DNA of 64,000 nt, taken from Candidatus Moraniibacteriota bacterium (GTDB lineage Bacteria > Patescibacteriota > Minisyncoccia > Moranbacterales > UBA1568). The stretch's first letter is position 1, and each line of letters begins with the position of its first letter. The stretch spans positions 65,705 through 129,704 of the forward strand of contig JBPOHW010000007.1 of the NCBI GenBank assembly GCA_052035095.1, read 5' to 3'. Position numbers and translations under genes: made by a program. Below are positions 42,380-51,115 of the stretch, piece by piece. Under the pieces are notes generated by a model, which saw nothing but the letters and a program-made list of their open reading frames with translations, searched no databases and was not told the origin of the DNA.

Positions 42380-42802
42380 TCGCTCAACTTCGATGTTTCT
42401 CAAAAGCCGCCACTTGGCGGTTTTTGTTTTTTTTAAAAACACTCCTTCCTCCCCATCCTTTCAGTTTTCCTGTTTCATTTTGTTCACATCCTGTGGATAA
42501 CCCGGTATTTTCCCGCGCGAAACTCTTGTATTCACCTGCGGGAAACCCATAAGAAATTCTGCATAACTCCACCCCACCTCCCCACAGACACACACGTCAC
42601 CGAGAATCCCAAATCTATCTTTAAGCATCACCCCTCAGAAAATCCTTTCTTAAAACAGTATTCCTCTCTTTTCAACTTTTCCACCGGACTAATAGTAATA
42701 ATATTTATATTTTAAAAAATATATTCAATACCATAGAGAGAGGGTGAAGAATGAAGAACCCACCTTACGCAGTTACTGAAATAAGAGCTAAAAACCTAAC
42801 CC

Positions 42803-42947
42803 GTCATACCCGCGAAGGCGGGTATCCAGGTTCCATTCGTCTTCAGTAAATATATTACAAGATTTTGTTCGTTGGGTGATTATATTCAGCAGGTGGTGAC
42901 TACCTGCCTGCCGGTAGGCATGGGCTTCCCGCCTTCGCGAGAATGAC
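42803..42947. repeat. MITE-like element, family B, copy 1 (about 145 bp; terminal inverted repeats GTCAT(A/T)CCCGCGAAGGCGGG(T/A)ATCC; internal CTGCC..GGCAG palindrome)
   Basis: second copy at 46828-46978; read directly. Confidence 0.7.
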
Positions 42948-42982
42948 GAAAAGAAAGACGGTGTTTAAGATGAGTAAATTTC

Positions 42983-45007
42983 TTGACGTGTACTTTTTGT
43001 GGTATACTATTTTCAGAAAAATGTTTTTGTCTTTCGTGTGTGAATGAGCGTTCCAAAATAAAAAGATCGTTTCTCTTTCGATTGAGTCTTTTCTTTAAGA
43101 ACCACCCCGTTCTGCTCTTTGTGACGCTCTCGGGGTGTTTTTTGTTGCTGCCGTATGCATCTTACGCTGGAATATGGGATACTGTTTCTCAACCAATTGT
43201 AACGGGAGCGAAGTATTTAGTATATGCTTTTTATTGGTTTTTCTCTCTTTTTGTAAATTTAGCGTCAGCGCTTTTTGTATGGGCGATTGACACGAAAACG
43301 TTTTCGGATCTCATGAATAACGCGGCTATATATACCGTATGGCTTACGGTGCGGGATTTTTGTAATATTTTCTTTATTCTCGTTCTTCTCTTTTCCGCTT
43401 TTGCGACCATCTTTCAGCTTGAGAGGTATGAATACAAGAAAACGATTCCCATGCTCATTCTCATGGCGCTTCTCGTGAATTTTAGCTTCCCGATATCGCG
43501 CTTCGTGATTGATCTTGCGAATGTTCCGATGTATTTCTTTGCACAGAATACGGTCGGGGAAAGTGGGAATATTAGTAGTCTCTCGAGTGGTCTTTTGGGC
43601 GCGTCAAATATACGTGGCGTGATACTTCCCAATTCGCAATCGCCCGATAAAGATATTACTGATTACGATTTTGTGCATTTGCTTGTGGCGGCTACATGTA
43701 TGTTTCTTTTTGGAATTTCGTTTTTTGTGCTGGCGCTTCTTATGTTGATTCGCATGATTGCATTGGTGATATTGGTGATGTTTTCTCCGATTGGATTTGT
43801 GGGAATGATTACGCCGGCACTCCATAAGTTTGCCCATGATTGGTGGGACAAACTCTTTAAATGGGCATTCTACGGGCCGATAGCGGTGATGCTTGTTTTG
43901 GTGGCGCTCGTCGTTATGAAGGCGGCCGGATCAGTGAGTACTACCATGAAGCCGCTCGCTGGTGACAGTGTGAGTAATGACTTTCTTTCTTCCGCCCTTT
44001 TCCTTGCTATTCCCATTGTCCTCTTCTGGATCGCTATCACGCAGGCGGAGAAGTATAGCAATGATATGTCCGGCTTGGGGATAAAGTGGGGGTCGAATAT
44101 AGGGCGAAAGATGGGGGGATGGATGCGACAAGGAACATGGGGTGCAACCAAATGGACGGCAAAAGCCCCATTTAAAGGTGTTGATAATCTTTCGGGGAAT
44201 ACAATTTCCGGGACAGCGCTTGGAATACGGGAGGCATGGAGAAATAGGCAGTCGGCATGGTGGGGCGGAAGTGATATTGATAAGAGAAAGAAGCAGGTTC
44301 AGGATAGCGTTTCTTCTGCATTGAAGAGGAAAGGGACAAGTACACAGGAAGTTCAAAAGAAAGTTTCTGAGCACGAGAAAGAGCATACAACGGAAACAGA
44401 GCTACGAAGACTTGTTGACCAAAACAAAGACGTTGCCGCGGCTATGGTTCTTGCGAAACAGGGGAAGCTTACGAGTGAGGAATTTACAAAAGTTCGGGCA
44501 ACCTTGGATGCAAGTGATCCGAAGAGTGAGCAGGTTATTAATCTTCTTGAAGGAAAGGTGAAGGAGAAACGGTTGGATCTTGTTATGAATTACAAAATGG
44601 GTACAAATGAGGTGAAAGATGAAATAGCAAAGAAGCGAGTTGCTAATCCAGCCTTGAGTGCGGATGATGCTCGTGATGAGGTTTACAAAGAGGTTGTTAG
44701 GAAGGAAATGGCGAAAATAAATCCCTCAAAATGGAGGGAGCAGAACCTTGAAGAGATGTTTAGTCTTGGGAAAGATGCAAGTGGAAGCGAAAGGCAATAT
44801 TCGGTTATTAGGGATGTGCATGGAAATGTGACTGATATTGCAGAGGGTGGAGTTATTATTAACACGAAAGAATCTCAAGAGTTGAAAGCGAGAATTTCAG
44901 GTGCACAGGAAGCATTTAATCGTCATTCATCAAAAAATAAAGATAAAATAATTGACGATATAAGTGGTGATAACTTCGATGCTGGAAGAAAGACGGGTAT
45001 TTGGTAG
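42983..45007 (+). CDS. VirB6/TrbL-like polytopic membrane protein with long charged C-terminal domain
   Basis: N-terminal about 390 aa with 6-7 TM segments typical of VirB6/TrbL; hydrophilic K/E-rich C-terminal 280 aa; clustered with VirB3/VirB4 homologues. Confidence 0.5.
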   Translation: MTCTFCGILFSEKCFCLSCVNERSKIKRSFLFRLSLFFKNHPVLLFVTLSGCFLLLPYASYAGIWDTVSQPIVTGAKYLVYAFYWFFSLFVNLASALFVWAIDTKTFSDLMNNAAIYTVWLTVRDFCNIFFILVLLFSAFATIFQLERYEYKKTIPMLILMALLVNFSFPISRFVIDLANVPMYFFAQNTVGESGNISSLSSGLLGASNIRGVILPNSQSPDKDITDYDFVHLLVAATCMFLFGISFFVLALLMLIRMIALVILVMFSPIGFVGMITPALHKFAHDWWDKLFKWAFYGPIAVMLVLVALVVMKAAGSVSTTMKPLAGDSVSNDFLSSALFLAIPIVLFWIAITQAEKYSNDMSGLGIKWGSNIGRKMGGWMRQGTWGATKWTAKAPFKGVDNLSGNTISGTALGIREAWRNRQSAWWGGSDIDKRKKQVQDSVSSALKRKGTSTQEVQKKVSEHEKEHTTETELRRLVDQNKDVAAAMVLAKQGKLTSEEFTKVRATLDASDPKSEQVINLLEGKVKEKRLDLVMNYKMGTNEVKDEIAKKRVANPALSADDARDEVYKEVVRKEMAKINPSKWREQNLEEMFSLGKDASGSERQYSVIRDVHGNVTDIAEGGVIINTKESQELKARISGAQEAFNRHSSKNKDKIIDDISGDNFDAGRKTGIW

Positions 45008-45040
45008 GAATTAAGTTTTTTTCGTGTAAATTTCTTATCT

Positions 45041-46333
45041 ATGATATCTTCCGGTACCATGAATAGTCAGTTCATAAATAGATCGGTAACCCCTGTTTTG
45101 GTTTGGACTGAAAAAAATCCGGATGAGGAAACTCGAGAGCAAGTGATTGCGAATCATGAGCGATTTCGAATGCTTCCTCCGGAAGCGAAGTATAAGCTCG
45201 GATTTCAGTATACTCCCGAGATTATCAAAAAAATTGGGGAAGACTTCAGTTTGGATCCGCTGAAAATGGCGAGTATTGCTCGTGCGGTACGGAATTTCTA
45301 TTTTGGCGATCTTCCAAAAGAGAAAATTGAAGGATTCTTAATGGAAGAAATGGAAATATCTTCGGAACAAGCTCAAAAAATAGCCTTGATTGTTGATCAA
45401 AAAATCATCAGTGCGCCGATTCCCAAAGATGTTTCTGAACAGACAGTAGAAATTCCCCTTCTCGACGCCCTCTCAAAGTATCAGCGGTTGTCGGAGCAGG
45501 CGGTGACGGAGGATAGAATTGTGGTGAAGGGAGAGGGTCAGCCGGTACGGGGGTCGATTCGCAATTGGCTCCGGCACTATCGGGACGTGGTGGGGATTCG
45601 GAAGCACTCCGCGATGGAACGGGGACAGTTTTTGTTCCAGGGGGAGAATACCAAGCGACTCTCCGCGCCGGATCGGGAAAAGCTCTCACTTCTCTTTCGT
45701 TCGCTCGATGAGAATATGCCGATTTCAATCGATGTCGAGCGACAGGAGGTGATATTCCCAGCATTTGAAGAAAAGTCGAACGCGAATCAAGCGCCTCTCG
45801 AGGAGAAAGTGACGCCGACGCTTGGCACCTCATTTCGTCCGATCGAAAAGTTCCCCGCCTCTTCCACTCCCATAAAGAAGGCGCTCGAGTGGAAGACAGA
45901 GAAAACAGCGATACCGCCGCTTTTTGGGAATGTTCCCGCGCCACCACGACCCGAGATTACGTCATCGAAATCGGTCGGCGTTTCTGCTCCGGTATACGCG
46001 ATTCCCCCTATTCCTGTGTCGCCGAGCGGAGATGCTCGCGCGGAGGGAGGTAAGAGTGGAGGAATGCCTGCGGCGCAAGAAGGAATGTCGGTCTCGTCGC
46101 CGTTTTCCGCGCCGGGAAATATGAGTTTTAGTTCAAGTCACGTGCTTCCCCACGAGAAGGCAGCTCTTCCTGCGGAGCCGCCGCAAGAGGGAGTATCAAG
46201 CGAAGGACATCCTCCTTCAAGGGGTCCCGAGGCAATCAGTGTCATTAAGCCTCGTGGCGATCAGTTTGGCTTTCGCGGGAAGTCGTCGGGAGATGACTTC
46301 GATGCTCCTCGTGTGGTAAACTTACGGGGTTAG
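45041..46333 (+). CDS. hypothetical protein with Pro-rich low-complexity C-terminus
   Basis: 430 aa, no recognisable motif. Confidence 0.4.
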   Translation: MISSGTMNSQFINRSVTPVLVWTEKNPDEETREQVIANHERFRMLPPEAKYKLGFQYTPEIIKKIGEDFSLDPLKMASIARAVRNFYFGDLPKEKIEGFLMEEMEISSEQAQKIALIVDQKIISAPIPKDVSEQTVEIPLLDALSKYQRLSEQAVTEDRIVVKGEGQPVRGSIRNWLRHYRDVVGIRKHSAMERGQFLFQGENTKRLSAPDREKLSLLFRSLDENMPISIDVERQEVIFPAFEEKSNANQAPLEEKVTPTLGTSFRPIEKFPASSTPIKKALEWKTEKTAIPPLFGNVPAPPRPEITSSKSVGVSAPVYAIPPIPVSPSGDARAEGGKSGGMPAAQEGMSVSSPFSAPGNMSFSSSHVLPHEKAALPAEPPQEGVSSEGHPPSRGPEAISVIKPRGDQFGFRGKSSGDDFDAPRVVNLRG

Positions 46334-46379
46334 AAAAACTGACAACGTACAACGAACAACAGGAATCCTTTGTTTTATT

Positions 46380-46823
46380 GTGGTTGTTTGTTGCCAGTTG
46401 ATTGTTGTCTGTATTTTTCCTATGCTCTTCAATGTTCCGCAATTCATCGATGTGGAGGATAAGATCGCGGGACCGCTTACTGTGAAGCAGGTGTTGTGGC
46501 TTATCGGGATGGGGGCGGTGCTGTTTATCGTATGGACTTTTTTTGATACGCCAACGTTTTTCGTCCTTTCCGTTCCTATTATCCTCATTTTCGCGCTGTA
46601 TGCCTTCTATCGACCGTACAATCAGTCTATGCTTTCCTTTACCATTCACGGGGTGATGTTTTTTTTTCGACCCAAGCTCTATACATGGGATCGACCGGGA
46701 GTAATGAAACGACCGGATCCGAAACCGGTGGAAAATAAACCGATATCGGAATCCCCTCGACCGCTTTCCTTTGAAGAAATACAAGCATTGGCGAAAGTGG
46801 TGGATAGAGGTGGGAAGCGATAG
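46380..46823 (+). CDS. PrgI/VirB3-like small two-TM protein of type IV secretion systems
   Basis: 147 aa; N-terminal ..FIDVEDKIAGPLTVKQVLWLIGMGAVLFIV.. resembles PrgI family; positioned immediately upstream of VirB4. Confidence 0.5.
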   Translation: MVVCCQLIVVCIFPMLFNVPQFIDVEDKIAGPLTVKQVLWLIGMGAVLFIVWTFFDTPTFFVLSVPIILIFALYAFYRPYNQSMLSFTIHGVMFFFRPKLYTWDRPGVMKRPDPKPVENKPISESPRPLSFEEIQALAKVVDRGGKR

Positions 46824-46827
46824 CACT

Positions 46828-46978
46828 GTCATTCCCGCGAAGGCGGGAATCCCTGCCTTCCGGCAGGCAGGCAGGTGTCACAATGCCCAATGTAACATCT
46901 TTACAAATGAAGTCTGTAAACATTTTCTGTAAGCTGGTGGAGCCTGGTTCCCTCCCGCTGAGGCGGGACGGGGATGAC
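46828..46978. repeat. MITE-like element, family B, copy 2, filling the virB3-like/virB4 intergenic gap
   Basis: GTCATTCCCGCGAAGGCGGGAATCC at 46828 and inverted partner ending 46978. Confidence 0.7.
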
Positions 46979-46980
46979 GA

Positions 46981-47697
46981 TTGGATGAATTCTTTTTATC
47001 TATGGAAACCCTGAATCCTCAAAAATCCGTGTCGAAAGATTCGAATTCGAGCACTCAGCGCTACGTAAATGTAGAAGAGGTGCGCGATGGCGTTATCGTG
47101 CTCAAAAACGGCGCGCTTCGTTCGGTGCTTCTGGTGTCGTCGCTCAACTTCGATCTCAAGTCCGCCGAGGAACAGGACGCGATCATTTTGCAGTACCAAA
47201 ATTTTCTCAATTCGCTCGACTTTCCCGTGCAGGTGGTCATTTCTTCGCGCCGATTCGATATTCGCCCGTATATCGAGCTCCTCAAGGATAAAGAAAATCA
47301 CCAGCGAAATGAACTCCTTCGGCTTCAAATATCGGAGTATCAGAACTTTATCAAGAATCTCGCCGAGGTATCGAATATTATGTCGAAGCTTTTCTATCTC
47401 GTGATACCGTTTTCGCCCGTCGAGGACAAAGAAAAAGGCCTCTTTCACAGTTTGACGACGCTCTTTAATCCGTCGGGGGCGGTTTTGGAACGGCGGGAAT
47501 TTTTCGAAACCTACAAAAATCAGCTCTGGCAGAGGGTGGACCACGTGAGTTTCGCGCTCTCCCAAACGGGAGTGCGAGTCGCGCCGCTCAATACCGAAGA
47601 GCTCATCGAACTCCTCTATAATTCCTACAACCCTTCACTTTTTACGACACGTCTCACCAAAAACATCGAAGCGATTGATTTGGAGATAGAACGATGA
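46981..47697 (+). CDS. VirB4/TrbE N-terminal domain protein (separate ORF)
   Basis: ..VNVEEVRDGVIVLKNGALRSVLLVSSLNFDLKSAEEQDAIILQYQNFLNSLD.. matches CagE/TrbE/VirB N-terminal domain. Confidence 0.55.
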   Translation: MDEFFLSMETLNPQKSVSKDSNSSTQRYVNVEEVRDGVIVLKNGALRSVLLVSSLNFDLKSAEEQDAIILQYQNFLNSLDFPVQVVISSRRFDIRPYIELLKDKENHQRNELLRLQISEYQNFIKNLAEVSNIMSKLFYLVIPFSPVEDKEKGLFHSLTTLFNPSGAVLERREFFETYKNQLWQRVDHVSFALSQTGVRVAPLNTEELIELLYNSYNPSLFTTRLTKNIEAIDLEIER

Positions 47698-47708
47698 GGG
47701 AATGACGG

Positions 47709-49571
47709 TTGTGGTTTGTGGTAGTATTCTGTGGTTGTTGTCAATACCATATGCGTGTTCCATTTCTCGCTCCTTCAATGGGCGAACAAGATGAAATTTT
47801 ACAGAGTGAAATGCTCTACCAACGAGGCGTCGCGCGCGTTCGTGATTTGATCGCGCCCTCCGCTATCAAGGTGAGTGCAAATTCACTGCAGGCGGGGGAG
47901 ACGGTTACGCGGACACATTTTATCATCGCGTATCCGCGTTATCTCAATACCAATTGGTTCGCGCCGGTCGTGAATCTCGACTTTCCTATGGATGTCGCGA
48001 TGTTTATCCACCCGGTCGATACGCGGGATATTTTGAAGAGTCTCCTCAAATCTGCGACGCGCGTCGAGTCATCCATTCAGATGGAGGCCGAGGCGGGAAA
48101 GGTGCGCAGTCCCATTCTGGAAACCGCGCTTCAGGATATCAATGAGCTTCGCGACAAACTTCAACAGGGAACGGAAAAGTTTTTTCGCTTCGGCATCTAT
48201 ATCGCGCTCTACGCCTCGTCGATCGAGGAATTGAATCGTATGAGCCGGTCAATCGAATCGCTCCTTGAAGCGCAACTTGTCTACGTGAAGCCGGCGGTGA
48301 TGCGGATGGAGCAAGCATTCACCTCGACGCGGCCGATTGCCATGGATGAGCTTGATGTCGCCAATAATCTCAACACCGCGCCGCTCTCGACAACCTTTCC
48401 CTTTGTTTCCGCCGATCTCTCGTCTAATGACGGCATCCTCTACGGGATCAATCGCCACAACAACAGCCTCATCCTCTTCGATCGCTTCAAGCTGGAGAAC
48501 GCTAATATGGTGATTTTCGCGAAATCGGGAGCGGGCAAGAGTTATTTCGTGAAGCTCGAAATTTTGCGGTCGATGATGTTTGGTACGAGCGTGATCGTGA
48601 TTGATCCGGAGAATGAATACAAGCACCTTTCAGAAACCGTGGGGGGCTCGTTCATTCATATGAGTCTCAATTCTCCGTTTCGTATCAATCCCTTCGATCT
48701 CCCGAAGAAGCGCGATGATCAAGAGGACTTTGAGGGACTTTTGCGAAGCAATATCGCCACGTTGATCGGACTGCTTCATCTGATGCTCGGGAGCGTGACG
48801 CCGGAAGAGGACTCTATCCTCGATCAGGCGCTCCGCGAAACGTATGCCGTGCGGGATATTACGGGAAGAACCGACCTTGCGACGCTCACGCCAAGCTCCT
48901 TTCCCACGATGACCGATCTCTACGAGGTGTTGCGGAATATGGAGGGGACGGAATCGCTTGCCGCGCGGCTTGAGAAGTATACGCAGGGGATTTTTTCGGG
49001 ATTTTTGAATCACGCGAGCAATATTTCGGTTCAGAACCAAATGGTGGTGTTCAATATTCGCGACCTCGAAGAAGAACTCCGTCCGATCGCTATGTATCTC
49101 ATCCTGCACCTTGTGTGGAATGAAATGCGTTCCGAAATGAAACGCCGCCTTGTTGTGGTGGATGAGGCGTGGATTATGATGCAAAACGACGATGCGGCGA
49201 GCTTTCTTTTCGGTATCGCGAAGCGCGCGCGGAAATATTACTGTGGACTTACTACGATTACGCAGGACATCAGTGATTTTATGGGATCGCGCTACGGCAA
49301 GCCCATCGTGACCAACTCTTCGCTCCAGCTCCTTTTGCGTCAATCGGTTTCCTCAATCGACGTGGTGACGGAGACGTTCTATCTCACGGATCACGAGAAA
49401 TTCCTCCTTCTGGAGAGCGCGGTCGGCGAGGGAATTTTCTTTGCCGGGTCAAAACACGTCGCGATCAAAGTGGTCGCTTCTTACAGTGAAGATCAAATCA
49501 TCACTTCAAATCCAGAACAATTGGTCGAGATCGAAGCCGCGAAAAAGGAATTTGACGAACAGGGAATGTGA
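47709..49571 (+). CDS. VirB4/TraC-like type IV secretion ATPase (ATPase domain)
   Basis: Walker A VIFAKSGAGKSY, IDPENEY, Walker B/DEAW motif LVVVDEAWIMM; in different frame from preceding N-domain ORF. Confidence 0.7.
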   Translation: MWFVVVFCGCCQYHMRVPFLAPSMGEQDEILQSEMLYQRGVARVRDLIAPSAIKVSANSLQAGETVTRTHFIIAYPRYLNTNWFAPVVNLDFPMDVAMFIHPVDTRDILKSLLKSATRVESSIQMEAEAGKVRSPILETALQDINELRDKLQQGTEKFFRFGIYIALYASSIEELNRMSRSIESLLEAQLVYVKPAVMRMEQAFTSTRPIAMDELDVANNLNTAPLSTTFPFVSADLSSNDGILYGINRHNNSLILFDRFKLENANMVIFAKSGAGKSYFVKLEILRSMMFGTSVIVIDPENEYKHLSETVGGSFIHMSLNSPFRINPFDLPKKRDDQEDFEGLLRSNIATLIGLLHLMLGSVTPEEDSILDQALRETYAVRDITGRTDLATLTPSSFPTMTDLYEVLRNMEGTESLAARLEKYTQGIFSGFLNHASNISVQNQMVVFNIRDLEEELRPIAMYLILHLVWNEMRSEMKRRLVVVDEAWIMMQNDDAASFLFGIAKRARKYYCGLTTITQDISDFMGSRYGKPIVTNSSLQLLLRQSVSSIDVVTETFYLTDHEKFLLLESAVGEGIFFAGSKHVAIKVVASYSEDQIITSNPEQLVEIEAAKKEFDEQGM

Positions 49572-49629
49572 GGAGGAATAGGGAAGAGGAAATGGGATCG
49601 GTTACTTCATATATTACCTTTGATTTTGT

Positions 49630-50388
49630 ATGGCAATTGCGCAACCGATTACCAAGGAACAGGATATACGCGATCAAAAGGAGCGCGAAAAAAAAGAGCA
49701 AGCATTTTTGAAGCAAGAAAAAAATTCGATGCCGACGGCGAATGACGCGCGATATGATCGTCCGGCGGCAAACGACGCGAATTTTGACGAATCGGAAAGA
49801 GAACGACTTCAACAAGAGGCGAATATGCTTCGGAATGCCCAACGGCCGGCGAGAATCCTTCAAGAAGAAGCTGAGATTTCCGAAATGGAAGAAGGAATGG
49901 GGAGTGGAAACGGAGATATGAAAAGAAAGACGGAATCGGTGAAGCTCTCATCGTATTCGGCGCCCTTGATAGTCGCAGTTTTCAAGGATCTTATGGATTA
50001 TACAGTGGTGCTCGCGCTTCCCGGCGTTGGCACGGTCCTCAGTTTTTGCGCGAATATCTTGATACTCCTTCTCCTCTTCTTCCCGAAGCGCCGCTACAAG
50101 ATCGCTTCGAATGCGCGGATTGCCATTATCGATGCCTTTATCTTGATCGGGCTGGTTCCGCTTGAGGGATTGATGTTTCCCTTTAATCTTCTTCCCTTTA
50201 CGATTGCGGCGGTTGGTATGATCTACTCCGTCGACAAAAAATTTGTCGCCAAACGAAACGCGAAAACATTCGATAAAAAAGAAATGAAGGGGAAGCTGTC
50301 AGCCGTGCTTCGCCAGGTCTATGCGGATCGAGCGGTACCAATGAAAGACAAGAGCGGGGTTCGAGAACGAATGCGCGAAGCGTTTTGA
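49630..50388 (+). CDS. hypothetical membrane protein (charged N-terminus, 3-4 TM C-terminus)
   Basis: 252 aa; no known motif. Confidence 0.4.
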   Translation: MAIAQPITKEQDIRDQKEREKKEQAFLKQEKNSMPTANDARYDRPAANDANFDESERERLQQEANMLRNAQRPARILQEEAEISEMEEGMGSGNGDMKRKTESVKLSSYSAPLIVAVFKDLMDYTVVLALPGVGTVLSFCANILILLLLFFPKRRYKIASNARIAIIDAFILIGLVPLEGLMFPFNLLPFTIAAVGMIYSVDKKFVAKRNAKTFDKKEMKGKLSAVLRQVYADRAVPMKDKSGVRERMREAF

Positions 50389-50413
50389 TTTCCTCGCTCT
50401 TGTTTCTCAGTTA

Positions 50414-51115
50414 TTGAATACTATGTCTCAATATTCAACAACTATCCGTATGCTTCTTACCGACCGTCGATTTCTTGCGGCGCATATGGTGGCGTTCGCG
50501 GGAATGGCCTTGGTTGCGTTCTTTCCTGGAGCGGAAACTATTCCAGCAATGCTCATGCTTCTTCTTGCGGGCTACGGTCTTTTGCCGGCGATATTTATTC
50601 ACTTTGTTCTGAAGGAATCGATTGCCTCGTACGGATTTCATTGGGGGAGGGGGAGATTCTTTCCGACTCTCGGACTTTTGATTTTGATGATTACGATAGC
50701 GCTCGGCGCGGTTTGGTCGTTTCTTTCCTTTACGGACGCGGGGCTTCGATATGTTGACGGAACGAATATCGCGTTGCTTCGCGGGAGCTTTTCGGCATTT
50801 TTGATTTTTTCCGCGCTGTCGGTACCGGTTCTTTTTTTGACGGAAGCGTTCTTTCGGGGATTTCTTCTCGGGATATGGCGTCGGTATTTCGGGATATGGA
50901 GCGTGGTTTTATCGGTTGTCGCGACACTTTTTCTCTCATGGATTCGAGTGAGCGATGTATCGAGTCACGCTTTTTTCGGAGAAATGACCATCCTCGCCAT
51001 TGGTTCGATATGCGCCTCGATCATTGCTTTTTTCTCGGGATCGTACTTGCTCTCCTTTTGTTTTTTCTTTTTTTTTGATACACTGTCAACAGTGTTTGCG
51101 ATGATACTTTCATGA
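50414..51115 (+). CDS. CPBP (CAAX protease / Abi) family intramembrane metalloprotease-like protein
   Basis: multi-TM; motif LTEAFFRGFLLG (EExxxR-like) and downstream His-containing motifs. Confidence 0.45.
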   Translation: MNTMSQYSTTIRMLLTDRRFLAAHMVAFAGMALVAFFPGAETIPAMLMLLLAGYGLLPAIFIHFVLKESIASYGFHWGRGRFFPTLGLLILMITIALGAVWSFLSFTDAGLRYVDGTNIALLRGSFSAFLIFSALSVPVLFLTEAFFRGFLLGIWRRYFGIWSVVLSVVATLFLSWIRVSDVSSHAFFGEMTILAIGSICASIIAFFSGSYLLSFCFFFFFDTLSTVFAMILS

